A stretch of 64,000 nucleotides of DNA from a virus. Taxonomy: Duplodnaviria; Caudoviricetes. The notes beneath the pieces were generated by a model, which was not told the origin of the DNA, did no database searches, and saw only the letters and a program-made list of their open reading frames with translations. The position numbers were made by a program, and so were the translations under genes. Positions within the stretch are counted from its first letter, which is position 1. Each line of letters starts with the position of its first letter. Shown one piece after another: positions 10,931 through 23,752 of the stretch. The stretch spans positions 64,001 through 128,000 of the IMG/VR virus record IMGVR_UViG_3300029305_005443. One strand, written 5' to 3'.

Positions 10931-12871
10931 ATGGAAAAGAAAATTTCTTTAACTAAAAACTTTGAAAATCAAATTAATAAGTTGCAAGAAAAATATGGGG
11001 AAGAATTTTCTTACCTTAATGGTCTTTCTGATGAATAGTTAAGCAACACCGATTTTCTTAATAAATTTGTTGATGCCAAAGTTGTTGCAGACGCCTCTAT
11101 AGATGGTAATGCCAATATAAAAAGAAAAGATATTGTTACCCTTATGAAAGAAATGGGTAAACCTGAGCAGAAACTTCTAGCATATCATAAAATTTATCTT
11201 GAATTAAATCAAAAGTATGGGTTTAAGACTGCTAATGAGTGGTTTGAAAATGAATGGAATAAGCAACTTTATCTTCACGATGCAAACACCTCTAGTTTTA
11301 TTCCTTATTGCTATGCATATGATTTGAAGAGGTTGGCAGAAGAAGGATTGTTTTTTACAGATATTCCAAATCCTCAACCTGCAAAACATCTTCTTACATT
11401 TGTTGATTTTGTTAAAGAATTTATATGTTACACTTCAAATAGAACTTCTGGTGCAGTAGGACTTCCAAATGTAATTCCATATATGTATTATTTTTGGAAA
11501 AAAGATATTGACTCTGGTTATTGGAAAGGGGATCCAAAACAATACGCAATGCAAAATATCCAGAGGTTTATCTTTGCTGTTAATCAGCCTTATGTGAGAG
11601 ATGGGGTTCAATCTGCATTTACGAACACTTCTGTGTTTGATATGGAATATTTGATTGCTTTGTTTGGCGGTTCTGAGTTTCCAGATGGAACTTATATGGT
11701 TGATGAACTTCAGGGCATTATGGACTTCCAAAAGTGGTACATGGAAGAAATGTCAGACATTAGAGCAGTCAATATGATGACGTTCCCTGTTAACACCATT
11801 AATCTTCTTACAAATGAAGATAAGACAGATTTCATGGACAAAGAATTTGCAGAATGGGCTATCAGGCACAATATGAAGTGGAATGATAGTAATATTTTTG
11901 CAGATAACAGTGTTACAAGTCTTTCAAACTGTTGCAGACTTAAATCCAATATAAAAGATCTTGGATATTTTAACAGTATTGGTGGTACTAGTTTAAGAGT
12001 TGGGTCAGTTAAGGTTTCAACAATAAATTTAGCAAGATTGGCATTGAAGCATAAAACAGAAAAAGGATATTTAACTGATCTTAGAAAGATTACAAAATTA
12101 AATCTTCAAATGCTCGATTGTCAAAGAGACATTATAAAGAAAAATATCAGTCGTGGTTTGCTTACAAACTACGATTCTGGATTAATTGATTTGTCCACAC
12201 AATATTCCACTATTGGTGTTATGGGTATTTATGAGACCATGAAGACTTTTGGGTATGTGTATAAAGATGAATTCGGAAATACCTTCTACAAAGATGAAGC
12301 ATTTGAATTTGGTAAGAAAATATTCGATGCTATTCATCAAGTAAAATCTGAATTTTCAGTTGATAAGGATTATGCAATCAATCTTGAAGCAGTTCCTGGA
12401 GAAGCATGCGCTGTTAAATTCTTGGCTGCTGATTCTATGTTATACCCTGAAAAAGTTTGTAATGACCTTCCTCTTTATGGTAACCAGTTCATTCCTCTTG
12501 GCATTAAAACCACAATTCAAGAGAGGGTTAGAATTGCTGCTGCATTTGATGAATATTGCTCAGGCGGCTCTATTTTACACTTAAACATTGATGCACCATT
12601 TTCAAACTATGAACAAGCCTATTCAATGACAAAGTACATTATAAATAAAGGTGTTTCTTATTTCGCTTTTAACCCAACTCTTTCCGTATGTAAAAAGGGT
12701 CATACTTTTTACGGAAATACTTGCCCAATTTGTGGTGGTTCTGTTTATGAAAAATTTACAAGAATAGTTGGGTTTTTCACACCAATAAGTTCTTGGGGAA
12801 GTGAAAGAAGAAGAGAGTTCAATTTAAGAGAATGGCACCCATTTGAAGATGTCAATGATGTTCTTAAGTAA
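10931..12871 (+). CDS. nrdD: anaerobic (class III) ribonucleoside-triphosphate reductase
   Basis: YLHD, PYCYA, SNCCRL, CxxxH/CPICG and TRIVGF glycyl-radical motif; N-terminus restored through TAG 11036. Confidence 0.93.
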
Positions 12872-12875
12872 ATAT

Positions 12876-12903
12876 TGACAATTTGAGATAATGTGTTATA
12901 ATG
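12876..12903 (+). promoter_or_regulatory. sigma70/sigmaA-type promoter
   Basis: TTGACA-16 nt-TATAAT upstream of tRNA-Lys. Confidence 0.7.
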
Positions 12904-12927
12904 TAATTGTAAATTCTTCTAATAACC

Positions 12928-13001
12928 GCGCTTGTAGCTCAGCAGGCTAGAGCACTTGACTTTTAATCAAGGTGTCGGGCGTTCAAATCGCCTCAAGCGC
13001 A
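12928..13001 (+). tRNA. tRNA-Lys(TTT)
   Basis: Cloverleaf GCGCTTG/CAAGCGC, anticodon loop CTTTTAA, TTCAAAT T-loop. Confidence 0.95.
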
Positions 13002-13012
13002 TTGAGGCGATT

Positions 13013-13492
13013 ATGATTTTAAAGTTTTGTGTTGATGAAGATTTTGTAAATTATAAAGAAGCTAGCATGTTTCTCGGAGCTTCAAGTTGCACCTTTAAGT
13101 GCGACATTGAAAGTGGTAAATGTATTTGCCAGAACAGCTCTTTGAGAGCTCAGCCGGTATTTAATATTCCAAATGCAGATATAGTGAAAAGGTATTTATC
13201 AAATGATTTAACTCATTCAATTGTTTTTGGTGGGTTGGAACCTTTAGATTCTATAGACGATGTTTTGGAAATTGCAACTCTTCTTAGACAGAATTCTATG
13301 GATAAAATCATAGTTTACACAGGTTACACAGAAGAAGAATGTTTAGCATTAGATAAATTTAAAAAGTTAATAAACCTTAAAAATATTGTTGTGAAATTTG
13401 GTAGGTTTGTTCCAAATCAAGAACCTCATAAAGACAATTTTTTAGGGGTTAATCTTGCAAGTAATAATCAATATGCTAAAGAATATTTGTAA
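13013..13492 (+). CDS. nrdG: anaerobic RNR activating radical-SAM protein
   Basis: CTFKC...CQN, GGLEP, YTGY, ASNNQ; follows nrdD. Confidence 0.85.
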   Translation: MILKFCVDEDFVNYKEASMFLGASSCTFKCDIESGKCICQNSSLRAQPVFNIPNADIVKRYLSNDLTHSIVFGGLEPLDSIDDVLEIATLLRQNSMDKIIVYTGYTEEECLALDKFKKLINLKNIVVKFGRFVPNQEPHKDNFLGVNLASNNQYAKEYL

Positions 13493-13521
13493 CAGTAAAA
13501 ATTATTTTAATGAGGTTAAGT

Positions 13522-14136
13522 ATGGATTTTGACTTTGATTTTGATTTGCCCGATAATATTCCAACAGGAGAAACATTTGAGTATTATAATGGTCTTTCAA
13601 ACCGTGAGCTTTGGATTGATACCATAGTTGATGTTGATGAGGGAACCCTTTTAATTATTAAACAAATTCTTAGATGGAATAGAGAAGATAAAGATCTCCC
13701 AGTAAATAAAAGAAAACCTATTTTCCTTTATTGTTTTTCTTTCGGTGGGGACCTTGATATTTGCAATTCAATAATTGATACAATAAGACTTTCAAAAACT
13801 CCAGTTTATACAGTTAATGCAGGTAGGTGTATGTCTGCAGCGGCTTACATTTATATTGCTGGTCATAAACGATTTATTATGCCTCATTCTTATTTCTTAT
13901 TTCATCAGGGTAGTGGTACTGTTGGTGGTACAGCAGCTGAAATGAAGGCCCAAATGGAACAATATAATAAGCAGGTTGAAGATCTTTCAGAATTAATGAG
14001 AACTTACACCAAATATTCAGATGATAAAATTAAAACAAATATTATGACTGAATGGTATGTAAGGGCAGATGAAGCTCTTGAAAATGGTGTGTGCGATAAA
14101 TTAATTAAATCTTTGGATGAACTCATTATTGCATAA
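13522..14136 (+). CDS. ClpP-like protease
   Basis: SFGG, CMSAA (catalytic Ser), HQ (His), EALENGVCD. Confidence 0.85.
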   Translation: MDFDFDFDLPDNIPTGETFEYYNGLSNRELWIDTIVDVDEGTLLIIKQILRWNREDKDLPVNKRKPIFLYCFSFGGDLDICNSIIDTIRLSKTPVYTVNAGRCMSAAAYIYIAGHKRFIMPHSYFLFHQGSGTVGGTAAEMKAQMEQYNKQVEDLSELMRTYTKYSDDKIKTNIMTEWYVRADEALENGVCDKLIKSLDELIIA

Positions 14137-14143
14137 TAAATTT

Positions 14144-14177
14144 AATAGCACCCAAATAAAATTGGGTGCTATTTTTA
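14144..14177 (+). terminator. intrinsic terminator
   Basis: AATAGCACCCAA/TTGGGTGCTATT hairpin followed by a T tract. Confidence 0.75.
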
Positions 14178-14194
14178 TCTAACGAGGTGTTTAT

Positions 14195-14482
14195 ATGGCT
14201 AGACCAGGCGACATTCCAAAAAGTGAAAAAAAGAAAGAACAGCTTCCTGAAGTAAAATACTATGTTGAAAAAGAAGTGGATTCTTACGGGTTTAAAAAAA
14301 CAATGGCACAACTAGAAAAGAATAATTTTGTTGTTGACAAAATCAATGGAATGATTTATATTAGATTAAATAAAAAAGATAATTTCAAAGAATGTTACTC
14401 AAAAATAGAACAAATTATACTCAAAGAAAAATTTAAAGGTTCCTGGGGAGTTTGCTACTAGACAGAAAAGGAAGGTGGTTAA
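14195..14482 (+). CDS. hypothetical protein (TAG read through)
   Basis: GAGGT SD; extends past TAG 14459 to TAA. Confidence 0.6.
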
Positions 14483-15905
14483 TAATATGTTGTTCAAGTT
14501 CACTAATGAGTTTGGAGCTACATTTTTTATCCTATCTAATTATATAAAATGTTTTTATGAGAATAAAGGCACCATGAGGGATGTTCATTTAAAAGCCAAG
14601 AGTGTTCTTGAAACTGTACAAGGTGACCTATATTATCTTCAAACTTCTGTGGATGATATTGTTAAAATTATGATGGCTGGCAGAGAGGAAGATTGAAATG
14701 ACATATAAGAAAGGTGATATGGTCCTTGTAATCACCGAGGACGGGTATCATAAAAAGAGAGGGTTGTTCATAGGAAATAAATATGTAATTGAAAGAGTAG
14801 CAACTTTTTCCAACAATCAATGTGCAGATCAGTTTGAAGAATTTCTTTGTAGATTTTTAGATGTGAAGGAGCCAAAAGGATAAGCCAATTAGTGAAATCC
14901 CTGTTTGGGCTCTGTGGGTTATGTTCAATGGAGGCAGAAAATAATGTTGAAATTTTTTGCAAGCTTTGGTATTGCTATTGGTATTTTATTTCTTGATGTT
15001 CTTTCTTGCTTGTTCTTTACTTATATGTGGGCGGGTAAAGACGGAGATGTTCTTGATGATGGGTTTATTGTAATGGCAGTAGTAAACACTCTTGGTTTTT
15101 CTATTGTACTTGCTATTATTATTGTGGAGAAGTTTTTATGAGCAGATACATTGATGCAGATGATTTCAAAAGGGAAATGGAGAAGTATCTTCCCGATGAC
15201 AGAGAACTTGCATTAAAGGTGCTGAAAAGCATAAAGACTGCAGACGCCCATGAGAATGTTCATGCTCATTGGACTTTCAGGCAACTTGGTGGATGGCACT
15301 GCTCTAAATGTGATGAACAAGCACCCTTTTGGTGTATGGCAAACACACAGAACTTGTCGAATTTCTGCCCAAAATGTGGTGCAGTAATGGATGAAAGGAG
15401 CGAAAATGAAGAGACTAATTAACGCTATACAGAAATATGACAAGTGGATAAATTGGATTGTGGAGAAACTTGACAAATGGCTGGATCAATTTACGGAAAC
15501 ATCTGGGGAGAATGACAATGGCAAGATACATTGATGCAAATGAGCTTTTGAAGGCAATGGACAGTTGGGACAAGTATGGGTTTTCCCATTCAGGTGCATT
15601 TGTAAGAGAGCCAGAAAATGACGATTATGTTTCCTATGTCCACTATGAAGATATGGTGAAATGTGTGGAAGGTATGCCAACCGTTGATGTGATGGAAATG
15701 TTTATTGATGAACTGACAAAGAAGATTTCTGGACGTATTATTCAAGCCCTCGAAGCAAATTATGAGATTATCCCAAAAAAGCCTGTGGTGCGGTGCAAGG
15801 ATTGCAAGTGGCATAGTAAGTTTCTTGGCGAAGGATTTTGTTCGAACTTTAGCATAACCGGATTTGAGAATGATGATTATTGTTCGTATGGGGTGAAGAG
15901 AGACG

Positions 15906-16184
15906 ATGCCAAGATACATTGATGCAGATGAGCTTATGGAACAGATGGAAAATGCTTGTATGGGGGTTATGAGTGGGTGCGACCCATTTAATTAGCCATT
16001 GAAAGTTCTTGAATCTGCCCCAACCGCCGATGTGGTAGAGCGTAAGAGGGGGAAGTGGGTCAGAAAAGAAATTCACTCGAACTGGAGCGATTGGACGGAA
16101 TATACTTGCTCATTATGCGGGGCAACTTTTAAAGGGCTATATAAGGCGAACTTCTGTCCAAATTGTGGAGCAGAGATGGGATAA
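15906..16184 (+). CDS. RYIDAD-family zinc-finger protein (TAG 15993 read through)
   Basis: MPRYIDAD N-module joins PTADV and CSLCG...FCPNCG only through TAG. Confidence 0.8.
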
Positions 16185-16978
16185 AGGAGAGAAGATGGCT
16201 GATTTGATGACATTTCCTAATACTGTTGAAGAATTTATGGAGAAGTACAAAATTGTTGACAAGGAGCAAGTATATACAAACGGAGCAGAATTAGTCCCGA
16301 TTTTCCGAATGAAACAATGGTTTGAGCATTTACCTACAGCAGATGTTAGGGAAAATATCCACGCTCATTGGGAAGATTGGTCTTTTTTAGGATGGGATAT
16401 GGAAACCCATTGGCGAAGAAGATGTTCTAATTGCCTTTGTGAGAGGGAGGACGATAATGAAGAAAAGGACACCCCGTTCTGCCCGAACTGCGGAGCGGAA
16501 ATGACAGGGATGAGAGGTGAACAAAATTGACAATATGGATTTACTCTTTTGATGACGGAACTGAACTTAAACTGATTGATGTGGGATTTTCCACGGCAGA
16601 GCTTTGGAAGTTAGCAGAACTGCATGGCAAGTGTTCCATTTCGCACAAGCGGATATGAGAAGAGGAATAAGATGCAGAGATATATAACAGTTGAGGATGC
16701 TCTAAATTCAATGTGCGACAGTTGTGATGCTAAACACGCTATTTGCGCTCATTGTCCGTGTAAACACTATGAAGCCGTTGAGTGTACTCCTTCTGCCGAT
16801 GTAAGAGAGAACATTCACGGAAGATGGATTGTTGATGAGGATGGGAACCTTGAATGTTCTGTGTGCGGGCATCATGGAGTTGGGGATCTGTATTGCGAAC
16901 GATGCGGCGCACGAATGGACGAATCTGAAGGACCGACAATGGAAGAATATATGTATGGACAAGAAGGGAGCGAAGAAG

Positions 16979-17332
16979 ATGGGAGTTTGTGACGATCTAA
17001 TCAGCAGACAGGAGGCGGTTGCTTATGCTATTTCCGGCCTTACAAGGGAGATTGACGGTGAGAAATGGATAAGGGTGTCGGAAGTACGTGAAAGCATTAA
17101 GGCACTGCCGCCCGCACAGCAATGGATACCAGTAACGGAGCAGTTGCCGAAACTTGGCGAAAAGGTTTTGGTATCAACTAAAAATACTGTATTTACGCAA
17201 GTGTTTAAGCGTATTTACGGCACACCCGATAGATGGGGGTGGGAGCATCACTCCGTCAAGAAGGTAACTGCTTGGATGCCACTTCCGAAGCCGTATAAGG
17301 AGGGCCTGGGCAATGCCAACGAGATTGATTGA
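16979..17332 (+). CDS. DUF551-like protein
   Basis: WIPVTEQLP...VTAWMPLPKPY. Confidence 0.75.
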   Translation: MGVCDDLISRQEAVAYAISGLTREIDGEKWIRVSEVRESIKALPPAQQWIPVTEQLPKLGEKVLVSTKNTVFTQVFKRIYGTPDRWGWEHHSVKKVTAWMPLPKPYKEGLGNANEID

Positions 17333-17457
17333 AGCATTAAAAGACAAGACAGCAGAAGAACAATGTGACTTCATAAGATGGCTTGTGCTTGATTATGCTA
17401 TGTGTTTTACAGACTCAAGAGAAGCAGTGATTGAATGGTTGAAGGAAAGGATCGAAG

Positions 17458-17745
17458 ATGACGAGATTGGTGAGACACATCAAGGTTGAAGATGCCATCA
17501 AAGTGGCAGACGAAGAGTGTGGTGAGTTCCGGGGGATTTTCGGTCAGATAAAAGAACGGTTAGAAACCATGCCCACCACAGATGCAGTGGAAGTGGTGAC
17601 ATGCAAGGATTGTGTGTTTCTTGAAGTGCTGAACTCTGAATAGTATTATGCACGATGCAAATGGCATGGGAGACTATTTCCGAGTTTTGGCAACCCAGAC
17701 ACAAGGTATTGGTTTTGTGCTGACTGTCAGAGGAGAGAAGAATGA
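17458..17745 (+). CDS. zinc-finger protein (TAG 17641 read through)
   Basis: CKDC...C...FCADC is complete only with readthrough; ATGA overlap with the next gene. Confidence 0.75.
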
Positions 17746-20700
17746 GCAGATACATTGATGCTGAAAATGCAATTTCTGTGCTTGAAATACTTTCAGATAA
17801 GTGCACTGATGATAAGGTTTTTGAACAAGCCATATCCGTACTAAAAGATGTTCCGACTGCTGATGTAGTTCCAAAAGAAAAAACAAATAAAGCATGGGTT
17901 GTTATTAGGCTTGGCAAATGGTGTCATAAAGCAACTTCTATGTTCTTATATGACAGAGTTTACAAAAATGGTTATAAGTGGACACCTTTTTGTTTGAAGA
18001 CTTTTCGATATGTAGGAGGCTGACTATGGCAAGATACATTGATGTGGAAAAACTCATTGACTTCAAGTTTTCGTATATCACAAATGAACGCTATAAAGAC
18101 GGAAAACGGAAAAGTGAGGACGAGATATATGCATACAAGGTCGGGTACAATGAAGCAATAGATAATATCATACGGTTTGCCACAACAGCCGAGGAAGAAA
18201 AGGTAGCAATAGAATACTGTATGAAGAAGGGTCTTGTAATGATTCCAATGGACTATTTGGAAAAAGTGATTGCGTATGAAAATCGAGGTACTGTACTATG
18301 AGTAGATACATTGATGCTGATTTACTGAAAACAGATTATTTTGCACTTCCGTCTACATCAGGGACAACAGTTAGTACACAGTATGTCTCATTATTTCAAA
18401 TACTTAATACCCCTACCGCCGATGTAGTGGAAGTGGTGCGGTGTAAGGAGTGTGTAAGGCACAACTCTTGCAACTTTGAACAGTATCAAGGTCTTGATGG
18501 TTTCTGTTCGTTGGGCGAAAGGAGAGAATGATGGCAGAGGTAAAAATTGATTTGCAGGACCTATTGGCAAAATCAAATTTTGTACAGGTAGTTCGGTGCA
18601 AGGATTGTAAGCACAAATACTACGACAGTGACCAAATTATATGCCAGAAGTTGTATTGTTGTGACGGTGATAATTTTGTACCATTCGATGATGATTTTTG
18701 TTCAAGGGGAGAAAGGAGAGAAGAATGATGAATTGTGGATATGGAGAAATGGCAACTTGTGAACTGACGGAGAATAAACCAGAAACGGCAAAGTCCGTTT
18801 TAGAGGAAATGGATGGTATTCTCAAGGAACTCTCTACCGAACTACGGAGAATTGATGATGCGATTTATTCTCCTCAAAATGTTGAAAACACAGTAAAATC
18901 AAATGAGCCTACTGCACCAGAGGGTTTTCTTGAAACATTGAACAGGCAGAGATGTGTTGCAAGAGACTCGTTAGCCTTTGCCATCCGCATTAGAGAAGGG
19001 TTGTGGTGATGATGCCTGACGATGAGGTGGACTACGATCCTTGCGAGGAATGCCATGAGCGTGGGGACGATTACTATCAAGACGAGGACGGGGATTGGAT
19101 GATGAGGTGCTACGATTGTCCGTTATGGGAAAGGAGATATGATGAATGACCTAATCAGCAGAAAAGCGGCGATTCGATGGGTTAAAACCGAATGTAATCC
19201 ATACGGAAAACCTACACTTGATTTTGAAAGTGGCAAAAAGGTCATAGAGCATCTTGAGCAGATGACACCCGCACAGCCGGAACGGAAGCACGGAAAGTGG
19301 GTTGACCCGGCGACCATTGATGTTTATAGATGCTCTGTTTGTGAAGAGTATACAAAATTAGAAGTCCCGGGGTTGTTTTATCATTATTGCCCTAATTGTG
19401 GCACAGAAATGGAAATAGATAATGAATAACGATTTAATTAGTAGACAAGCAGCAATTGATCTGATCCACAAGACCATATATGGATTTTTCGACATTGTTG
19501 ATAATGAGTCAGAAGAGCCGATAAGCGAAAAGGACAGATTGCTTCTTGAGGTCAATAAGGTAATCTCGAACGGGATAAAAGATTTGTCTCCCGCACAGCC
19601 TGAAAGGAAGAAAGGAAAGTGGATAAAACAAAATCCGCTTGTTGACACAGAAGAATGCTCCCTTTGTAAATATAATATTTACAGTGAGGAGCTTGAAACA
19701 CCATTTTGTCCTTGGTGTGGAGCACAGATGGAGGCAAATTATGAAGAAACCTAATCAGATTACATTCGATGGCTCGAATTATGGCAAGCCAAGCGATATG
19801 TGGGAGGATATAACCAGGACACTGCAGGTACTGATGCGTAACAACTATGCATGCACAATCCGATGTGACGAGCCAGCATTCGAAATCTATGCTATCGAGT
19901 TCGACTACGAGGATGATGCACTTGCCGATGTGAAGCCCTATTGGATCACGCCGGAGCAAATGGAGAAGTTGCAAGACTTGGAAAGCGAGGATCAGGACGA
20001 TGCCGAGGTACATTGATGCAGATGAAGTTAAGAAAGCAATCGAAGAAAGTTGGGACGGATGTCTTGGGGCTTATGACTTTCACGAAATCACAATGAATGA
20101 CTTATGGGTCATAGATAAAGTGCCAAACGCTGATGTGGTGGACAAAGAACGCTATGTCCGAGTGCGTGAAAACGCTGATATTCTTTCAGACGCTTTAAGT
20201 GAGTATCAATCCGCTGATATGGTAGAGGTGGTGCGTTGCAAAGATTGTAAGCATCGTGAGAAAAATCATTATTGTCTAATTTGGGGTCAGCCTTATTTGT
20301 GCAACGATGAATGTTTCTGCTCATATGGAGAAAGTAGAACCGATGTGAAAAATGAAGAAGTAGACATAATTAAAATGCGTGTCAAAATAGAAAATCTTGA
20401 ATGAGAGTGATTATTAAAAATGATTAGAATACTGACAGATAAGCAACTCAATGAAATTATTGAAAATGCAAAAGACGGACAGAAATGGCTTGCCGATGCA
20501 GAGTTCTCAAAAGAAAGGCACAATCTGTTAGAGCATATTTCTAAACTTGAAAGAGAATTGAAGCAATATCAAGATAAAATTCCTTACACTAAAGAAATAG
20601 GGCATCAGAACATAACAAAACTCCAATGCTTTGTTACTTCTTTCGTTGATTCTGAACAATGTGAGGGACTTGCAATAGAATCCCTTAAAAGAGAACTCCA

Positions 20701-21419
20701 ATATAAGTTTGAACAAGACCTTGAAAGAATACTTCCAGAACTAATTAAGTACGAAATTATAAAGAATAAAGGTGAAGGAGTAATTAGTATAAGAGGTGAA
20801 TTAAATGTCTGTGAATGATGTTGAATTACTCAAAAAGAAAAGTATGACGAAGAAAGCCTATCTTGATAGTGTCCGTAGAGATAGGGAGAATATCAAGTGG
20901 AATACTGGCACAAGAGTACACACCGGTAACAAAGACTACAACCGCCAGAGAGATAAGAGAGAAACGGAGAGGATGGCAGAAGAAGATGGAACAAAACAAG
21001 ATTGAAAAACTCGAACAATATACTGATGGACAAACTAATCGTTATGGCGATGTAATTTGTTGGACTCATCACCCCACTCATAATGATTTTATGGAAAAGA
21101 TAAATGAACTCGTTGATGCTGTGAATGAGTTGAGAGAAGAACTTTATAAAAGGAAAGACAATGCCGAAGTACATTGAAGAAAAAGAATTAAGGGAGTGGA
21201 TTCAGAACTGGTTTGAAAAGAACAGATACTACCACCCTTATAGCAAGTCTAACGATATTCCAGTTCCAGAATTGTATGACATTTTGGAACAGATGCCCTC
21301 GGCATTAGGTCTTTGTAAAGATTGCAAGCATCTTAAGGATGGTGCCTATTGTCAGTTGTTAAACATTTTGGTTATGAAAGATTTTTTCAGTTGTTCTGCA
21401 TTTGAAAAGGGAGAAGAAA

Positions 21420-21746
21420 ATGTTAGGAAAGCCGAAGTATAATTACGGAGATGTTGTTACTGTCAAAATGGATGATATAGAGTTTGATGGTATTGTAGCA
21501 ATTATTGATAGATATGGAACATGGGGAGATCCAAGTGATGTTTCTTATGATATTCTGAATAAGAAGCAGAACATTCTCTATAAGCATTGTAATGAAAAAT
21601 ATGTTATTGAAAAGATCGGTGAAATTCCAGAGGATGAGATTTGGGAATTTGCCAATAATGAGCCTATAAACACAGAAGAAAAATAGCACCCAACAGAAGA
21701 AAAACAAAAATATCCTCCAATTTATGAAAAAAAGGTTGACAATTAA
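21420..21746 (+). CDS. hypothetical protein
   Basis: MLGKPKYNYGD...; internal duplication TEEK*/TEEKQ across TAG 21684. Confidence 0.65.
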
Positions 21747-21983
21747 CTATTTTTATGTTATTGTTTAATTACAAAATAAATGAAATGAGGTTTCAACCAT
21801 GTTTTATGTAACCGTTGGAAAATATGAGCCTTGTAATGTGGCACTTTACCCCACACTTAAAGAAGCCATTAAAGAGGCTCAGATTCTTGTTGAAGACCTC
21901 TACCTTGATTTTCACAAAGAAACTGAGGTTCACGTGATTGATGCAGAGGGTCATATTGTTTGGTAAGAAAGGAAGTAACAAAA

Positions 21984-22904
21984 ATGTCAGCTTGTGTTGA
22001 GTCCATGTTTAGTGTAAGAGAAGTTCCATGGCACGGTCTTGGACAGATCGTGAGCACTGCTCCTTCTTCAGAAGATGCCCTTGTTTTAGCAGGATTGGAT
22101 TGGGAAGTGTGCAGGAAACCTGTCATTGTTGACGGCAAAGAAGTTCCCGGATATGTGGCAAATGTGAGAGATATTGATGATAAAGTTTTGGGAATTGTTT
22201 CGGATAGATACAAGATTGTTCAGAATAAGCAAGCATTTGATTTTACAGATTCTCTTATTGCAAGTGGAAATGTTGTTTATGAAACAGCTGGTAGCTTGAA
22301 AGATGGAAAGACTATTTGGCTTCTTGCTAACCTTCCTGATACAAAGCTCGTTGGTGATGATGTGAAAACGTATATTTGTTTCACAAATTCTCACGATGGT
22401 AAGGGTGCAATTAGGGCAATGATGACCCCTGTTAGGGTTGTTTGCAATAACACTCTTAATTGTGCAATTAGTACTGCACAGAGAATGTGGTCAATGAAAC
22501 ATATGGGGGATATGGCTTCTAAACTTAGAGAAGCTCAAATGGCTCTTGGCCTTGCAGACACCTACATGAAAGAACTTAGTATTTCTGCAGATATTCTTGC
22601 AAAAAAGAAAATGTCAGATGCAGAAATTGAGTCTGCAATTATTAAATTATTCCCAATTACACCTGAAATGTCAGATAGACAGAAAACAACTGTGGGATTT
22701 TCTCGTGATGCATTTAAGATTTGTCTTAATAGAGATGATCTTGCAAATTTCAAGAACACAGCATGGGGATTTGTTAATGCTGCTTCAGATTTTGTTGGTC
22801 ATTCTGCACCTGCAAGACTTACTGCAAATTATCAGTCAAATAATTGGGGTGCAATTATGAACGGTCATCCTATTTTTGACAAAGCATTTTCTTTGGTGTC
22901 TTGA
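21984..22904 (+). CDS. DUF932/DUF945 phage-plasmid family protein
   Basis: SVREVPWHGLG, YETAGSL, NSHDG, TPVRVVCNNTL. Confidence 0.9.
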   Translation: MSACVESMFSVREVPWHGLGQIVSTAPSSEDALVLAGLDWEVCRKPVIVDGKEVPGYVANVRDIDDKVLGIVSDRYKIVQNKQAFDFTDSLIASGNVVYETAGSLKDGKTIWLLANLPDTKLVGDDVKTYICFTNSHDGKGAIRAMMTPVRVVCNNTLNCAISTAQRMWSMKHMGDMASKLREAQMALGLADTYMKELSISADILAKKKMSDAEIESAIIKLFPITPEMSDRQKTTVGFSRDAFKICLNRDDLANFKNTAWGFVNAASDFVGHSAPARLTANYQSNNWGAIMNGHPIFDKAFSLVS

Positions 22905-22905
22905 T

Positions 22906-23265
22906 ATGAATAAAAATTTCCACGATCTTTGTGTTAGAGATTTCATTGAAAAGTTTAAGAAATATTCTGGTGATGAAAAAGTACTAGAAGATTTATTTTC
23001 TTTTGGGTATTGTTATCATTTCTCAATCATATTGAAAGACCTTTTTAATGGTTGTATAATGTATAATCCAGTAGAAAATCATTTTGCTACTAAAATTTAT
23101 GTTGAAACTAGTTGGTATGCAAATAATGATGAAAAAGAATACAGATTATACGACATTACTGGAAGATTAGACCTTAATGATGAGTGGGTTGAGTGGACAT
23201 CTTACGAAGAAGAAGAGCCTTTGGGCTCAGAAAGAATTAAGGAGCAGTGCCTTTATAAACTGTAA
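22906..23265 (+). CDS. hypothetical phage protein
   Basis: GYCYHFS...HF...YDITG pattern. Confidence 0.65.
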   Translation: MNKNFHDLCVRDFIEKFKKYSGDEKVLEDLFSFGYCYHFSIILKDLFNGCIMYNPVENHFATKIYVETSWYANNDEKEYRLYDITGRLDLNDEWVEWTSYEEEEPLGSERIKEQCLYKL

Positions 23266-23278
23266 GGAAAGATAAGTT

Positions 23279-23752
23279 ATGAATGAATTTGAAATTATTA
23301 CTTCTGAATTTATTCCATCAGTAAATGCATATAGTGGTGCGGCATATATTCTTCCTGATGGAAAATATATCAATGTCGTTAATCATGGGGACATCGATGA
23401 GTTTATTATGAACTCTGATGAGTATGATTCTGAAAATCATCTTGAGAACTATCATAACGGTATTATGGTAGATAAGTACAACTGTGTCAGGCTTAATGAT
23501 GGGGGAAATTCCGTATTTAAGAATGATGTGTATATTATGCTGCCAAAAGAAATTACAGATGAGCAGTTGTATTCCATTAAGTATTGGCTTGAAAAGTTTA
23601 TTTTTGGAAATGTTCTTGTTGAAGAATCCAAGACTAATACAACTGCTACCTATGATTTAAGGGATAGAACCCCAAACTATGTTATAAACCGGATTAAGAG
23701 ATACTATAACGGAAATGGTCTCGTTGAACATAAGGAAAAAGATTATGAGTGA
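23279..23752 (+). CDS. hypothetical protein
   Basis: ORF; AYILPDGKY...H. Confidence 0.7.
   Translation: MNEFEIITSEFIPSVNAYSGAAYILPDGKYINVVNHGDIDEFIMNSDEYDSENHLENYHNGIMVDKYNCVRLNDGGNSVFKNDVYIMLPKEITDEQLYSIKYWLEKFIFGNVLVEESKTNTTATYDLRDRTPNYVINRIKRYYNGNGLVEHKEKDYE

Larger units (their letters stand above)
15138..21442 (+). repeat. array of about 15 paralogous small RYIDAD/DLISR - PTADV - zinc-finger ORFs
   Basis: Repeated N-terminal M(S/A/P)RYIDA or DLISR, PTADV or PAQPERK linker, and C-terminal CxxC...FCPxCG or CKDCK...FCSxG modules, often with overlapping stop/start codons. Confidence 0.85.

Noticed and set aside
12956-13012. ORF-track 5' extension of nrdG (and similarly 31255-31362 for DUF2828)
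   Set aside because: The extensions overlap tRNA-Lys or ncRNA elements; better starts are at 13013 and 31363
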